DNA from: a virus
Virus record (IMG/VR): IMGVR_UViG_3300032322_001107
Location: 8,850 to 72,849 of that record
Length of the DNA: 64,000 nucleotides
Direction: 5' to 3' (one strand)
In this document: piece by piece, positions 18,434-27,736 of the stretch
Position numbering within the stretch: the stretch's first letter is position 1
Layout: each line of letters starts with the position of its first letter
The notes under the pieces: generated by a model
What the model saw: the letters and a program-made list of their open reading frames with translations, nothing else
The model's database searches: none
What the model was told of the DNA's origin: nothing
Made by a program: the position numbers and the translations under genes

Positions 18434-20022
18434 AGCTTCTTGAGCGTATCCAAAAGAGGGAGGAGGTCAACCATGGAGGTACGGCGTTTGACCTCCGCTT
18501 CCAGCATGGACTTGTATATACCATGTATATCCAGATCTGCTATATCCTGATGGGATATACCTTGGATTGCCGCTTCCGCATTGTTGTCCAGTTGAGATAT
18601 GATCTTGGCTATAGATGACGGATTCCCTGCCTCGTAGTCCGAGGCCATGATGGTCTGAATGTCGCTGTCCGACAATAAATTCCAATTATAATTTGATGCG
18701 ATGTCCTTGCCGCATAGTAGAAGGTGGGCAACCAACTGCTTCCAAGCCTCTCCCTTCTGCTCTCCATAGCGGGTTTCGGTGGGCAGGGCTATATGTCCCC
18801 CACCCATAGCCATCTTTTTTTTGAGTTGGGCAGACTTAATGCCAAGCAACTTCGCACACCGATTGGCCAACTCATCCCGCTCAATCCCGTCTTCCAAGAC
18901 CGAGAGGGCTTGCCCGACTTTGCCCATGGCAATCTGTTTATCCTCAATTGAGTTTTTATCCAGCGATTCTGCCAATGCTTCAGGATAGATCTTGGCATTT
19001 GAGATCAGACTCGCAAGGTCTCCGCCCGAAACCAAGAAGGAATCGGGATCTCCATCTGGCAGCATAACGGCCCTAACCCTAACACCGAGGCTTGCCAGCC
19101 CCGCAAATGCCTTAAATGACGCCTCTCGCCCCGCTTTATCTCCGTCGAATACCAAGACAGCCTCTTCGCATAGACGGCGAATGGTGGCCCCGTGGATGGC
19201 GGTGAACCCTGTTCCGAGTGGAGCAACAGCATTGTTGATCCCGTTCAAGTGGCATCTGATAGTATCAATCTGTCCTTCAACAATGACCGCTTGACCCGAA
19301 TCAATGATAGATCGTTTGGCTTTATCTAGCCCGTAGAGAAGCTTTCCCTTGTGGAAGATGGAGGATTCGGGGGAGTTGAGATACTTGGCAGGGTGGTTGT
19401 CGGTGGTTCTGCCACTAAATCCGACCAGAGTCCCTGCTTCATCCGCTATCCCGAACATAATCCGATTGGTAAAACGTAGCGTCCCGTTGTCGTAAGTTAG
19501 ACCCGATAGGGTATGATGATCTGCTGATCTCTCTGTATTACCAAAAAGGCTATACCTGTTCGGGGCGAATCCAATCTTCCAATCCTCGCAGATCTCCTTA
19601 TTGAATCCTCGTTCCTTGAGAATCCTTCGGGCCTCGACCCCCTCCTTACTTAAAAGCAAACTGAAAAATTGTTGGTGGGCCTTATAGACTACCGATACCA
19701 AGCCCCTTCGCAGCTTGTCCGCTTCAGATTCCTGCTCCTCAATAGCTATGCCAGCCTTGGCCCCAAGCTTTCTTACAGCTTCGGGGAAGTTGATCTTGTC
19801 CATCTCCATGACAAAGCGGAAGACCGACCCCCCCGCCCCGCATCCAAAGCAATGGTAGGTGTTCTTCTCATCATTAATAAAGAAGGATGGACTCTTCTCC
19901 CGATGGAAGGGACACAAGGCAGAGAATCGCCCGCCCCTCTGTTTCACAGGGAAGTAATCCCCTGCTACTTCAGAGAGACGGACGTTCGCCGCTATCGAAG
20001 CAATGGTTGTATCAGAGATCAA
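18430..20022 (-). CDS. dnaG: DNA primase, bacterial DnaG type
   Basis: CPFH...CFGC zinc finger (CHC2), KYLNSPE, TOPRIM motifs VEGQID, FDGD, DPD. Confidence 0.95.
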   Translation of the reverse strand: MISDTTIASIAANVRLSEVAGDYFPVKQRGGRFSALCPFHREKSPSFFINDEKNTYHCFGCGAGGSVFRFVMEMDKINFPEAVRKLGAKAGIAIEEQESEADKLRRGLVSVVYKAHQQFFSLLLSKEGVEARRILKERGFNKEICEDWKIGFAPNRYSLFGNTERSADHHTLSGLTYDNGTLRFTNRIMFGIADEAGTLVGFSGRTTDNHPAKYLNSPESSIFHKGKLLYGLDKAKRSIIDSGQAVIVEGQIDTIRCHLNGINNAVAPLGTGFTAIHGATIRRLCEEAVLVFDGDKAGREASFKAFAGLASLGVRVRAVMLPDGDPDSFLVSGGDLASLISNAKIYPEALAESLDKNSIEDKQIAMGKVGQALSVLEDGIERDELANRCAKLLGIKSAQLKKKMAMGGGHIALPTETRYGEQKGEAWKQLVAHLLLCGKDIASNYNWNLLSDSDIQTIMASDYEAGNPSSIAKIISQLDNNAEAAIQGISHQDIADLDIHGIYKSMLEAEVKRRTSMVDLLPLLDTLKKL

Positions 20023-20265
20023 AAACTAAGCGGATTAGGATTTGTTTCCATCTCTTCAACGCGAGGCAAGACATAGATCTTGTCCTTGGTTGGTTTGCGC
20101 GGAGCCTCTACTGCCGAGATGATGGCAACAAAAACCGATAGCGAAACCATCATTGCTATGTATTTATTCCAGTTCATTTCTTTCTGTATTTGGTTATTTG
20201 ATCGATGTTGTAGTAGATGATGTATCCGAAAACGAATACAAACATGGTAATAAAGAATGCGTCAA

Positions 20266-20511
20266 TCATACGAGGCAGAGATCTTCCTGATCGTAGAGTT
20301 GACCGAGATCGCGAAAATTCTCCAAGATTTTACCCATCAAATCATTGGATACGATATCTTCAATGTCGATAAAGTGTTGACGTTCCAGCTTTCTGCATTC
20401 TACCACACTCATGGTTAGCTCAATGTTACTTGAGTCGTTCCAGATTGTGACCCTTCCCCTGCAACGCTTTTCGGCGTTGAGGCCAGCCTTAGTTATGTGA
20501 TGATGTGTCAT
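20266..20511 (-). CDS. Hypothetical protein
   Basis: ORF in the minus-strand gene run; ATG overlaps the upstream stop. Confidence 0.5.
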   Translation of the reverse strand: MTHHHITKAGLNAEKRCRGRVTIWNDSSNIELTMSVVECRKLERQHFIDIEDIVSNDLMGKILENFRDLGQLYDQEDLCLV

Positions 20512-20702
20512 TGGTCTCTCCCGTGCCATTGAAGCGGGGCAAGTTCATCGACTGCCATGCTGTAAATTAGTTCCCTCTGACTGTCACTCAATGGATTTCC
20601 AACATTGACTGAGTTTCTCAGTATAGTGATGGCACTCCTGACATTGGCGATGAGGATGTTGTTTCTTCCGAAGTCTTCACTGTGTGGATTTTTAGTTTTC
20701 AT
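20508..20702 (-). CDS. Hypothetical protein
   Basis: AC-rich leader (aaacacacaaacc) before ATG, MKTKNPH... Confidence 0.5.
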   Translation of the reverse strand: MKTKNPHSEDFGRNNILIANVRSAITILRNSVNVGNPLSDSQRELIYSMAVDELAPLQWHGRDQ

Positions 20703-20973
20703 GGTTTGTGTGTTTGATGGAGATCCAATCCTCCGTTTGTTGGTATGCGTCCAGACGGGGAACCCAAGGAACATTGCTGCACCATGAGATTCCTTCCGCC
20801 AGAAGCGAAGGTTGTTTAGGTTTGCGGACAAGCAGCATGAGGTCATGCCACAGATCACAAACAAATCTTACTTGATTTTTAGACATAGGAATCCTCCTGA
20901 CGTTGGCATTCCGCTTTAATGTCCTCCAAACTTGATGCCCTCCCAAAACTCAAAGTGGGTCTTCCCGCAGGCA

Positions 20974-21180
20974 TCAGTCCACATTGGAAACCTCCGTGTT
21001 TTTAACCATGCGATAGACCTTGATTGTGTCCCGCAAGTCATCCCTGTTCCACTTGTTGAAGGTGGGCAAGATTGATCGATTGCGGATTCTATATCCGTTG
21101 CGGATTGCGTTGCGTAGAACGCTGTCCATCAGGATCATGTTGGGCAACGTTGGTTTGAATGATTGGATTTTAGTTTTCAT
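20974..21180 (-). CDS. Hypothetical protein
   Basis: AC-rich leader before MKTKIQ... Confidence 0.5.
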   Translation of the reverse strand: MKTKIQSFKPTLPNMILMDSVLRNAIRNGYRIRNRSILPTFNKWNRDDLRDTIKVYRMVKNTEVSNVD

Positions 21181-21438
21181 GGGTGTGCTTGTTATGTTAG
21201 ACATTGTCCGTCACCTGACGTTCAATGAAAAGTAGCTGGTCAATCCACGATTTCCCGCCCGAAGAAGGCGAGGCTCCCGCCCCAGTGGTAGAGAAACCCT
21301 TTGTCCCTCCACCCTTGACCAGTAAAGAGAAGGAGGCAATCCGCTTTGCGGCCTTGCGGAATCGACCCGATAGAAAGGGAAGGGGAGCCAGACGGCGAGC
21401 GGGGGAAAAGAAGTGGGCAACAAAAGGCAAATAGGTGT

Positions 21439-21708
21439 TCATGCGGTTCTCCAGAATCGTAGCTTCTTCTTTCCGCCCTCTGTCACCATGCGCGTAGGGT
21501 AGCACTTTCCGTTGCGGCGTCCCTGTTTTGAGGCGAGCGAGCGCAGAAAATTCCAATCAGTTTCTAATCCAGTATCAGGCCAAGCAAAGGATTGGCCCAC
21601 CTCTAGTTTTGAAAGCATAAAGGGAAGGGGATGGACGAGCGGCCCTCTCTCCCCCTTGCGGGGGAGGAGGACTTTGTCATCTATCGTGATGGTATAGGTG
21701 CGCTTCAT
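21439..21708 (-). CDS. Small phage DNA-binding-like protein
   Basis: PF..LEVGQSF...LRFWR pattern shared with a widespread small phage protein family. Confidence 0.6.
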   Translation of the reverse strand: MKRTYTITIDDKVLLPRKGERGPLVHPLPFMLSKLEVGQSFAWPDTGLETDWNFLRSLASKQGRRNGKCYPTRMVTEGGKKKLRFWRTA

Positions 21709-21727
21709 AGATCGGTGTGGAGTTGTT

Positions 21728-21925
21728 TCATTCTTCGTCCTCCGTCTGGCGAGGCTCTGGATCAACGTTTAGCGAAGCCTCATGGTTAATGATCTCGCGT
21801 TCTGTCCATCCGTAGTAGGGATTGGTGTTGAGGCCGCGACGATGCTCGTCATCCATTGTCCTATACAGGTCGCGGCGGAAGTCATCCCGCAATTCCCGAA
21901 GGAATTCTCTGTCGAATTCAGTCAT
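21728..21925 (-). CDS. Hypothetical protein
   Basis: A-rich leader and ATG; charged 65-aa protein. Confidence 0.5.
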   Translation of the reverse strand: MTEFDREFLRELRDDFRRDLYRTMDDEHRRGLNTNPYYGWTEREIINHEASLNVDPEPRQTEDEE

Positions 21926-22081
21926 TGTGTTTTTCTCCTTTTGTTTTTGTTCCAGCATCGTGTCCATTCCAGTAGTCAGAATGGCGCTTTCCTAGTGGGT
22001 AGGGGTTGTTTTTTGGGAGATTGGCTTTGCCATCCCGAAATCCCTCCATCCATGCCTTGGGAAGTTTTGGTTTTAGGCTTG

Positions 22082-22261
22082 TCACAGTGTCTTTCCTTTC
22101 GATGGGGCTTGGGTCACGATAGCTTTGCAAGCAGAACGTGCCGCCGCTTCGACTCTGTCGATAGTTTCTTGTGACACTCTGGAAAACTTGTGGGCGCGAT
22201 TTGCCTCTGCGAATTCCAGAATGTATTTTTTGACTTTGGATTTATTGATTAGACTGTTCAT
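22082..22261 (-). CDS. Putative histone-fold protein (bacterial/phage histone-like)
   Basis: MNSLINKSKVKKYILE...RVSQETIDRVEAAARSACKAIVTQAPSKGKTL shows the alpha1 SKVKK-x-I, loop S-x-ETID and terminal KT pattern of bacterial histones; AC-rich leader. Confidence 0.6.
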   Translation of the reverse strand: MNSLINKSKVKKYILEFAEANRAHKFSRVSQETIDRVEAAARSACKAIVTQAPSKGKTL

Positions 22262-22344
22262 GGTGTATTTTGTGTGGTTTATTCGGGGAAGGTTCCCCCT
22301 GCTATCCTCCCGCCCGAATTGACGGGAGGATAGACGGGACAACC

Positions 22345-23382
22345 CTAGTTGGCTAGGACTGCTTGTCTGACTGCCTCGCGGCCCCGCGAGAGCATCTTGT
22401 CACGATCTCCCGCGAGCATACCGATGAAGTTGCGCTTATGCTCTGCTGCTGAACCGAGTTGCGAGCGATAAACACGCGAGGCAAGGTTAGCTTTACGCCC
22501 CGTGCCGTTACCGCTTGTCCAGTATTCCGTTGCACCATTGGCGAGGTCATACAGGTTGCGACCATTGTTCCCGATGCCATTAGCAAACAAATCAGCAATT
22601 TCCCGTGCCGCATTCATCGAACGGGTAGCGAGTTTGTTTTCCTTGGCATCTGTGGTCATGCAGAAATATCCCGCAGCCATTGCAAGCGCATCATTAGCGT
22701 CACACGCATGGTTTGCAAGGTATTCCATGACTTTGACAAGCTCAACACGCCCCTTGAGGATAGCGTTCAGGAGGTCACCGAGACCTTCCAAGGCAAACTC
22801 TGCATTTTTGGTATGGTAAACCTTCAAGACGTTTTCTGCCGCATCCCGTGACCATTGGAACGTATTCATGCAGACAATACGGATTGCGGAATCGAAAGAT
22901 TCCATAGCAATCGTGCCATCATGCGAGGTTACGAAATTCAAATTAGCTTTGAATTTGTCCCCATTGATGACCATGTCGGAATTCCCGATATCGCAGGAAA
23001 TGGAAAACTTTTTTCCACGCTCCAACGTGCAGACCGATGTCACCTTGCAATCAAGATCCCGAAGGGATTTTTGCATGACGTTCCAGATTTCGCGGTTGCT
23101 GATCACTTTATATCCCGCTTTGGGAATGTGCAAAGGAACCAAGGCATCCCGCCCTGAGAGATCAGGGCGAACTTTGCGATGGTCTGCAACGAGAACTTTG
23201 TAGTCTTCAAGCGTTGCCTGTTCCCCGTCCACCTGAACGTAAGCGGGGGACTCGATGATATCGAACAGCAAAGGAGAAACTTCCTGATCTCCAATTGCTG
23301 AAACGTGTTGCGCGAGCCCGTGCCATTCGGTTCCTTGAACGGAAAGAACGATGTCATGCGGTTGTTCGATTTTGTGACTCAT
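22345..23382 (-). CDS. DUF932 family protein (early phage/plasmid protein)
   Basis: WHGL, YKVISN, TSHDGT, IRIVCMNT, HTKNA and YDLANGATEY motifs. Confidence 0.85.
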   Translation of the reverse strand: MSHKIEQPHDIVLSVQGTEWHGLAQHVSAIGDQEVSPLLFDIIESPAYVQVDGEQATLEDYKVLVADHRKVRPDLSGRDALVPLHIPKAGYKVISNREIWNVMQKSLRDLDCKVTSVCTLERGKKFSISCDIGNSDMVINGDKFKANLNFVTSHDGTIAMESFDSAIRIVCMNTFQWSRDAAENVLKVYHTKNAEFALEGLGDLLNAILKGRVELVKVMEYLANHACDANDALAMAAGYFCMTTDAKENKLATRSMNAAREIADLFANGIGNNGRNLYDLANGATEYWTSGNGTGRKANLASRVYRSQLGSAAEHKRNFIGMLAGDRDKMLSRGREAVRQAVLAN

Positions 23383-23664
23383 ATGTGTGGTTTTTTCTAT
23401 GTGTGGTTTTGTTTTTGTTCGCCGCCCTTTGTCACCCTCAATTGAGGGGCAGAGTTTGTCGAACGAAATTGAATCTATTCGGGAAAGCTTTGTTGTCAAA
23501 TGTTTTTTTTGACATGGAAAGAAAAAAGATTTTGCCCCTTGTCACCTTGTTTTTCGGGAGTGTCATCATAGCGGGGCGGGAAAGAAAATCGTTTTGCGGG
23601 GCATTTAAAGCGCGAAAATCGGGCGGGACGGGGCGGAGGATCGGACTCCGCGCACCCTGTCACC

Positions 23665-23910
23665 CTATCCGCCGAAAAGGGCAACGTTCAGGTCTCGCGC
23701 CTTTGTCTGTTGTCCCGCATGCTCTACGGCTTGCCAAGTGTCCCCGATTAGGGCGGAAACAATATCGTGCGCGTAAACGCTCCCCGTTTCGGTGTAGTCT
23801 CCCTCTACTGTCGCGAGGCGGATGTTTCCCTTGCGATTATCTGCCATAGTCGCGAACCATCCGTTACGGAGGCGGAATCGCGTCCCTTTCTTTATATCAT
23901 TTGTTTTCAT
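23665..23910 (-). CDS. Conserved small phage protein
   Basis: MKTNDIKKGTRF...DNRKGNIR...EGDYTETGSVYAHDI. Confidence 0.65.
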   Translation of the reverse strand: MKTNDIKKGTRFRLRNGWFATMADNRKGNIRLATVEGDYTETGSVYAHDIVSALIGDTWQAVEHAGQQTKARDLNVALFGG

Positions 23911-23952
23911 TTGTATTTTTTTGCTCTGTTTTTCTCTTGTCACCTTCAGGAA

Positions 23953-24204
23953 TCAAAGCGAATCCCCAGCCCGTGCAACCTTCGCTCTGACAATGGCGTT
24001 GTGCATTGCGTTTCGTTTATCAATCGCAACGTCAAATTTCAGGTTTAATTTATCGTATTCTTTCGCGAGGTGTTGCGCTGTTTCGGACTCTCCGCCCGAA
24101 TAATCGTCTGCAAGAGCAATTGCGGCCCCTGCAATCTTCATTGCTTCAAAGAATAGATCTTGCAAGGCGGAATCCCCTTGCCCGTTTTCATGGTCTTTTT
24201 TCAT
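23953..24204 (-). CDS. Hypothetical helical protein
   Basis: A-rich leader and ATG in the early-gene run. Confidence 0.55.
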   Translation of the reverse strand: MKKDHENGQGDSALQDLFFEAMKIAGAAIALADDYSGGESETAQHLAKEYDKLNLKFDVAIDKRNAMHNAIVRAKVARAGDSL

Positions 24205-24282
24205 TTTGGTTTTTAGTTGGGGATTTTCCCCGTGTTGCCCCCTTGTCACACTCAAAGGGGCAAAGGCGGGAAAGACAGCCCG

Positions 24283-25143
24283 TCAGTGAACACCGATAGC
24301 AATCGGGACGCCCCGAAACTTTTCAGAGCCACAGGCATGACCTGACGGGGTGCAATCGCCACACTTGCCAGAGCAAACAAAAACCCGTTTGCCAGCCTGT
24401 TCCCTAACGTCCCGCGCATAATCCGCGAAACCCTCATTCCGCTTTGATTGATAGGCTCGCCCGTGATCCTTGGCGGTATTCACCGCGATGAATTCTCCCC
24501 GTGCAATGGGAAGTTTCGCCACCGCTTCTTTCTCAGCGTCTGAACCATTGCCACCGCTGGAAAGGTTCAACAGGTAGTTAGAAGGCCAGCGTCCGCCCGT
24601 TGCCTGATCATAAGACAGAAGCAAGCGCCAGCTTTTAGAGTAGCCGTAAACCTGAAGATCAGGACGGGCGAAACAAAGGCGCATCCAGAACGCGAGGATT
24701 TCGGGGGACGCGAAGTCTCCATCAACATACAAGCGGACAATGGCATTTTGTGGAAGCTTCATCCAAGCCGCGACTATTTCATCCCGCCCCTCTTTAGTTC
24801 GGAGGCGAATACTGTTGACCAGTTGGCGCATGAAAGCCGCAGGATAGCGCCATGCCTTGAAACTGTAGCAGAATCCCCCCATTAGCTCACCATTTGCCCC
24901 GTAAAGGCATTTACCAGCTTGGGGGCAATCAATCCCCGCGAGACTGGAGAACGCATAGAATGGAAGCTTGGAATTTCCACCCTCCGCAAAAACGGCGGGA
25001 AGCTTCCCCGAATCGATGCGTTTAAAGCAGGATTGCCAACCGATCCCGCGAGACATAAAGAGATCGCGCAAAGGTTCAACGGATTGCGCTTCCACGCATT
25101 GCAGAGCCCCCGAATAGAGGGAAAGAGTGAATTGTTTTTTCAT
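24283..25143 (-). CDS. GP88-like (radical-SAM-like Fe-S) protein
   Basis: CPQAGKC...CY cluster, VRLYVDGDF, YGYSK, PSNYLLNLS, C-terminal CxGxCGDC...C. Confidence 0.75.
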   Translation of the reverse strand: MKKQFTLSLYSGALQCVEAQSVEPLRDLFMSRGIGWQSCFKRIDSGKLPAVFAEGGNSKLPFYAFSSLAGIDCPQAGKCLYGANGELMGGFCYSFKAWRYPAAFMRQLVNSIRLRTKEGRDEIVAAWMKLPQNAIVRLYVDGDFASPEILAFWMRLCFARPDLQVYGYSKSWRLLLSYDQATGGRWPSNYLLNLSSGGNGSDAEKEAVAKLPIARGEFIAVNTAKDHGRAYQSKRNEGFADYARDVREQAGKRVFVCSGKCGDCTPSGHACGSEKFRGVPIAIGVH

Positions 25144-25155
25144 TAGGTGTTGGTG

Positions 25156-25359
25156 TTAGTGTTGAAAGAAACTATTGACAAGGGAAACCCCGAAAACAAA
25201 CAAGACACTCCCCCCCACGCATAGCGCAAAGAAAGAAGCCTGCTTGAATTCTCGCATGATCCCGTGAACGTAGAATGACGCACGGGACGGATTTTTAATG
25301 ATGGCGCGAACGTGCAAGGCGCATCGTCCGCCCGATGATGATGGATTAGTTTTTTTCAT
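25156..25359 (-). CDS. Small membrane protein
   Basis: C-terminal hydrophobic stretch FFALCVGGSVLFVFGVSLV. Confidence 0.5.
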   Translation of the reverse strand: MKKTNPSSSGGRCALHVRAIIKNPSRASFYVHGIMREFKQASFFALCVGGSVLFVFGVSLVNSFFQH

Positions 25360-25423
25360 GGTGTTGCGGGATTGTCTCCCCTGCTCCCCGCGAGACAGAG
25401 CCCACGGGGAGACGGGGAAGCAA

Positions 25424-25795
25424 TTAATCCATCCCCGATTCGGGTTGCAAGTAGGGAGCCGAACCGATGCCATAAGCCGCCGCTAGGCGAGCAAAGGCAA
25501 AATCCAGATCCCCGCTTTGTGCGCGATTCCTGCGCAATGCATAGACCTTCGCCGCATTAGTCCGATCAGGATGACGGCAAAGCTCATAGAAAGCTTCGCG
25601 AAGGCAATCTTGAACCTCCACGCCCCGCGCCCGAACCCGAACCACATTGCCAAAAACTTCCTTCGTAGCCTCGCCCCCGAACAAGGCAAAGTCCAAGGCA
25701 TAGATGGCCGACCATCTACGCTCGCTAGTGGATTCCTGATCATTACGCACGGCGGAAAGGTTCCCCGTGCCCGTTGTGGTGCATGTGTTTTCCAT
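25424..25795 (-). CDS. Hypothetical protein, first gene of the leftward early run
   Basis: ATG lies 6 nt after a TATTGT -10-like box, suggesting a leaderless transcript. Confidence 0.55.
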   Translation of the reverse strand: MENTCTTTGTGNLSAVRNDQESTSERRWSAIYALDFALFGGEATKEVFGNVVRVRARGVEVQDCLREAFYELCRHPDRTNAAKVYALRRNRAQSGDLDFAFARLAAAYGIGSAPYLQPESGMD

Positions 25796-26015
25796 ACGGG
25801 GACAATATCGGGCGGGACTAACTAAAACGCAACTAGTTTTTTCAAACGAATTGATAGAGCCTAATTAGAATTATTACAAATAATACTTGGCAATGTGCGG
25901 GAGGGGGGTAGGACACGAATGTCCGAGGGGGTAAGACATCGATGTCCTATGCCCCAGAAAATCAATTGAAAATAAAACTTGCCTGCGGATTGATCCCGCT
26001 CTATTTTTGCCCCTG

Positions 26016-26369
26016 ATGAACGCATCACCTACACACACACAAACGGGCGCGGGGGCAACTGCCGCGCAGACAGAGGCTAACTTTAAGGCCACGCTCGCGG
26101 GTCTTTTAGCGACTGGTAAAACCGAATCAGAGGCTTATGATATCCTCGCGGCAGACGGGACAGGGGTTTATTTTTATGACATCCTGCCCCCGAAAACTGT
26201 TTCTGTTTCGGAAGCGGAATTCCGCTCTATTGCCAGCACGAAGAACGCCCCCGCTGTTCGCATGCTCCAAAAGGCTGGGGGAACGGAGGATTCGTTTTCT
26301 GTAGTTTATAGGGCATGGGGGCGCGGCCCCGTCATTGACCTGATCCATGACTTTGTCCCTATCTTCTAG
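26016..26369 (+). CDS. Isolated plus-strand hypothetical protein
   Basis: Preceded by TTGCCT-17-TATTTT (25979-26007) and followed by a terminator. Confidence 0.6.
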   Translation: MNASPTHTQTGAGATAAQTEANFKATLAGLLATGKTESEAYDILAADGTGVYFYDILPPKTVSVSEAEFRSIASTKNAPAVRMLQKAGGTEDSFSVVYRAWGRGPVIDLIHDFVPIF

Positions 26370-26390
26370 GCGCGACCCAGTCTAGTCTTA

Positions 26391-26430
26391 AGACCCCGTC
26401 AGGCGAAAGCTTGGCGGGGTTTTTCTTTTC
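26391..26430 (+). terminator. Rho-independent terminator
   Basis: ACCCCGTCAGGC-GAAA-GCTTGGCGGGGT stem with GNRA loop, then TTTTCTTTT. Confidence 0.85.
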
Positions 26431-26825
26431 GGGTTTCCCCCCTAGCTTCTCCCGCTGTTCCCCCCTGCATGGTGCGCGTTCGCGTTGCCTTGCATTGTGC
26501 GCTTATTCTGTAAGCTTCCGAGGGTCATCATAGCGGACGCCTAATCAAAGCGTCTCATATGGCCGTATAAGCGGAGACTCATCTATCAGGTCAGGTGCAT
26601 GGGGCAGGATGGTGCGACAACAGCGAACCAGCTATCAGTGCGGACGGGTGGACGGGACGCGCAGGACAGCCAGCCGATAGACGCGAACCCACTCGCAGAT
26701 CACAGACCCCACCACACCCGTCTCACCCCCGACCTTCTCTTGGCGCGGGCACTGCGACTGGGAAAATACCCCCTCTCGAAAATTTTCTGTGCAAAAGTAA
26801 CCCGTCAAGTAATAATTTATTAGGA

Positions 26826-26920
26826 ACGCTACTACGCTATGGGACGCTATTTGAGCGTGGTATAGCGTGGACGCTATCGCGCTATCCGCCCTTATAGAGG
26901 GGCGGTAAAGCGTAGCGTTG
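26826..26920. repeat. Cluster of ACGCTA(T)/(A)TAGCGT repeats around a CCGCCC/GGGCGG hairpin
   Basis: About nine full or partial copies in both orientations within 95 bp of non-coding DNA. Confidence 0.7.
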
Positions 26921-27034
26921 CTTTAATAGGGAATCGTCTTATTAAATCTTGCGCCCACTTTCTTTAATAGCCCCCACCCCCGTCTTTTCTCTTTATGGAG
27001 AACCCCCTACCACCTTGTTTGAATGAACCCCGCT

Positions 27035-27376
27035 TTAAATATTTTTCTCTGAAATGTTTTCGGAGATCTTTATGTTATGGGATGTTCCGTTGGAGAACTG
27101 GATGCATACCCGTTTTTTGACGGTGGTTGTTTCGGTGATTGAGGTGATTCCCAGCCAGTTTAGGAGTAGATTGTGTCGGCGTTTGCCCCAGATTTTGCCA
27201 TTGTTGATCGCTATTTCTCCCTTTGCTAGTCCATCCAGAACACGGGCTTTGGTGATTATCCCCATTCTTCGGTGGAGGCTGACTCTACAGGTGGGAGCCA
27301 GTCCTTCTAGTTCGGGTGTAGCGTCTATTGATTCTTGTTCCCAAGGTTCTGGTTTGCGGGATTTGGTCGTGGTCAT
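27035..27376 (-). CDS. Hypothetical protein
   Basis: 113-aa ORF, last gene of the second leftward run. Confidence 0.55.
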   Translation of the reverse strand: MTTTKSRKPEPWEQESIDATPELEGLAPTCRVSLHRRMGIITKARVLDGLAKGEIAINNGKIWGKRRHNLLLNWLGITSITETTTVKKRVCIQFSNGTSHNIKISENISEKNI

Positions 27377-27402
27377 GTGAGTGGATGGGGCGTAATTGCG
27401 TT

Positions 27403-27684
27403 CTATAGCTCTTCTGGGGCGTTTTCTGTCCAGAGACCTATCAAGTCATCGTAATGGACTACAACGTCTCCTAGGGCTTTCTGGCGCTCTATGTAGTCTG
27501 TGGCTTTGGAAAGGACGTAGAAGTAGACTGGGTTTGCCCCGCCTGACCTTCCTCTGACTGGAACCTTGAAGTTGTGCCATTGCTCTCCTGTCTCTTCGTC
27601 TTGGTATTGGGGGATGAAGATAGGGACTTCGGGGTCTTCGGTCTTTTTGACTATCCTGTATGCTGTTCTGATGGATACTTTCAT
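27403..27684 (-). CDS. Hypothetical protein
   Basis: YRIVK...FIPQY...W pattern typical of small phage proteins. Confidence 0.6.
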   Translation of the reverse strand: MKVSIRTAYRIVKKTEDPEVPIFIPQYQDEETGEQWHNFKVPVRGRSGGANPVYFYVLSKATDYIERQKALGDVVVHYDDLIGLWTENAPEEL

Positions 27685-27736
27685 GGATTCGGGGTTTGAC
27701 TGTTAACTACAGGGGTTTATTCAAACCAAAATTGAA

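Noticed and set aside
20685-21185. Near-identical TGGATTTT(T)AGTTTTCATGG at two sites
   Set aside because: Explained by shared MKTK gene starts and A-rich initiation bias rather than a separate element.
26595-26897. Short ORFs in the 26.6-26.9 kb region
   Set aside because: They follow a strong terminator, lack typical leaders and overlap the repeat cluster; treated as non-coding.
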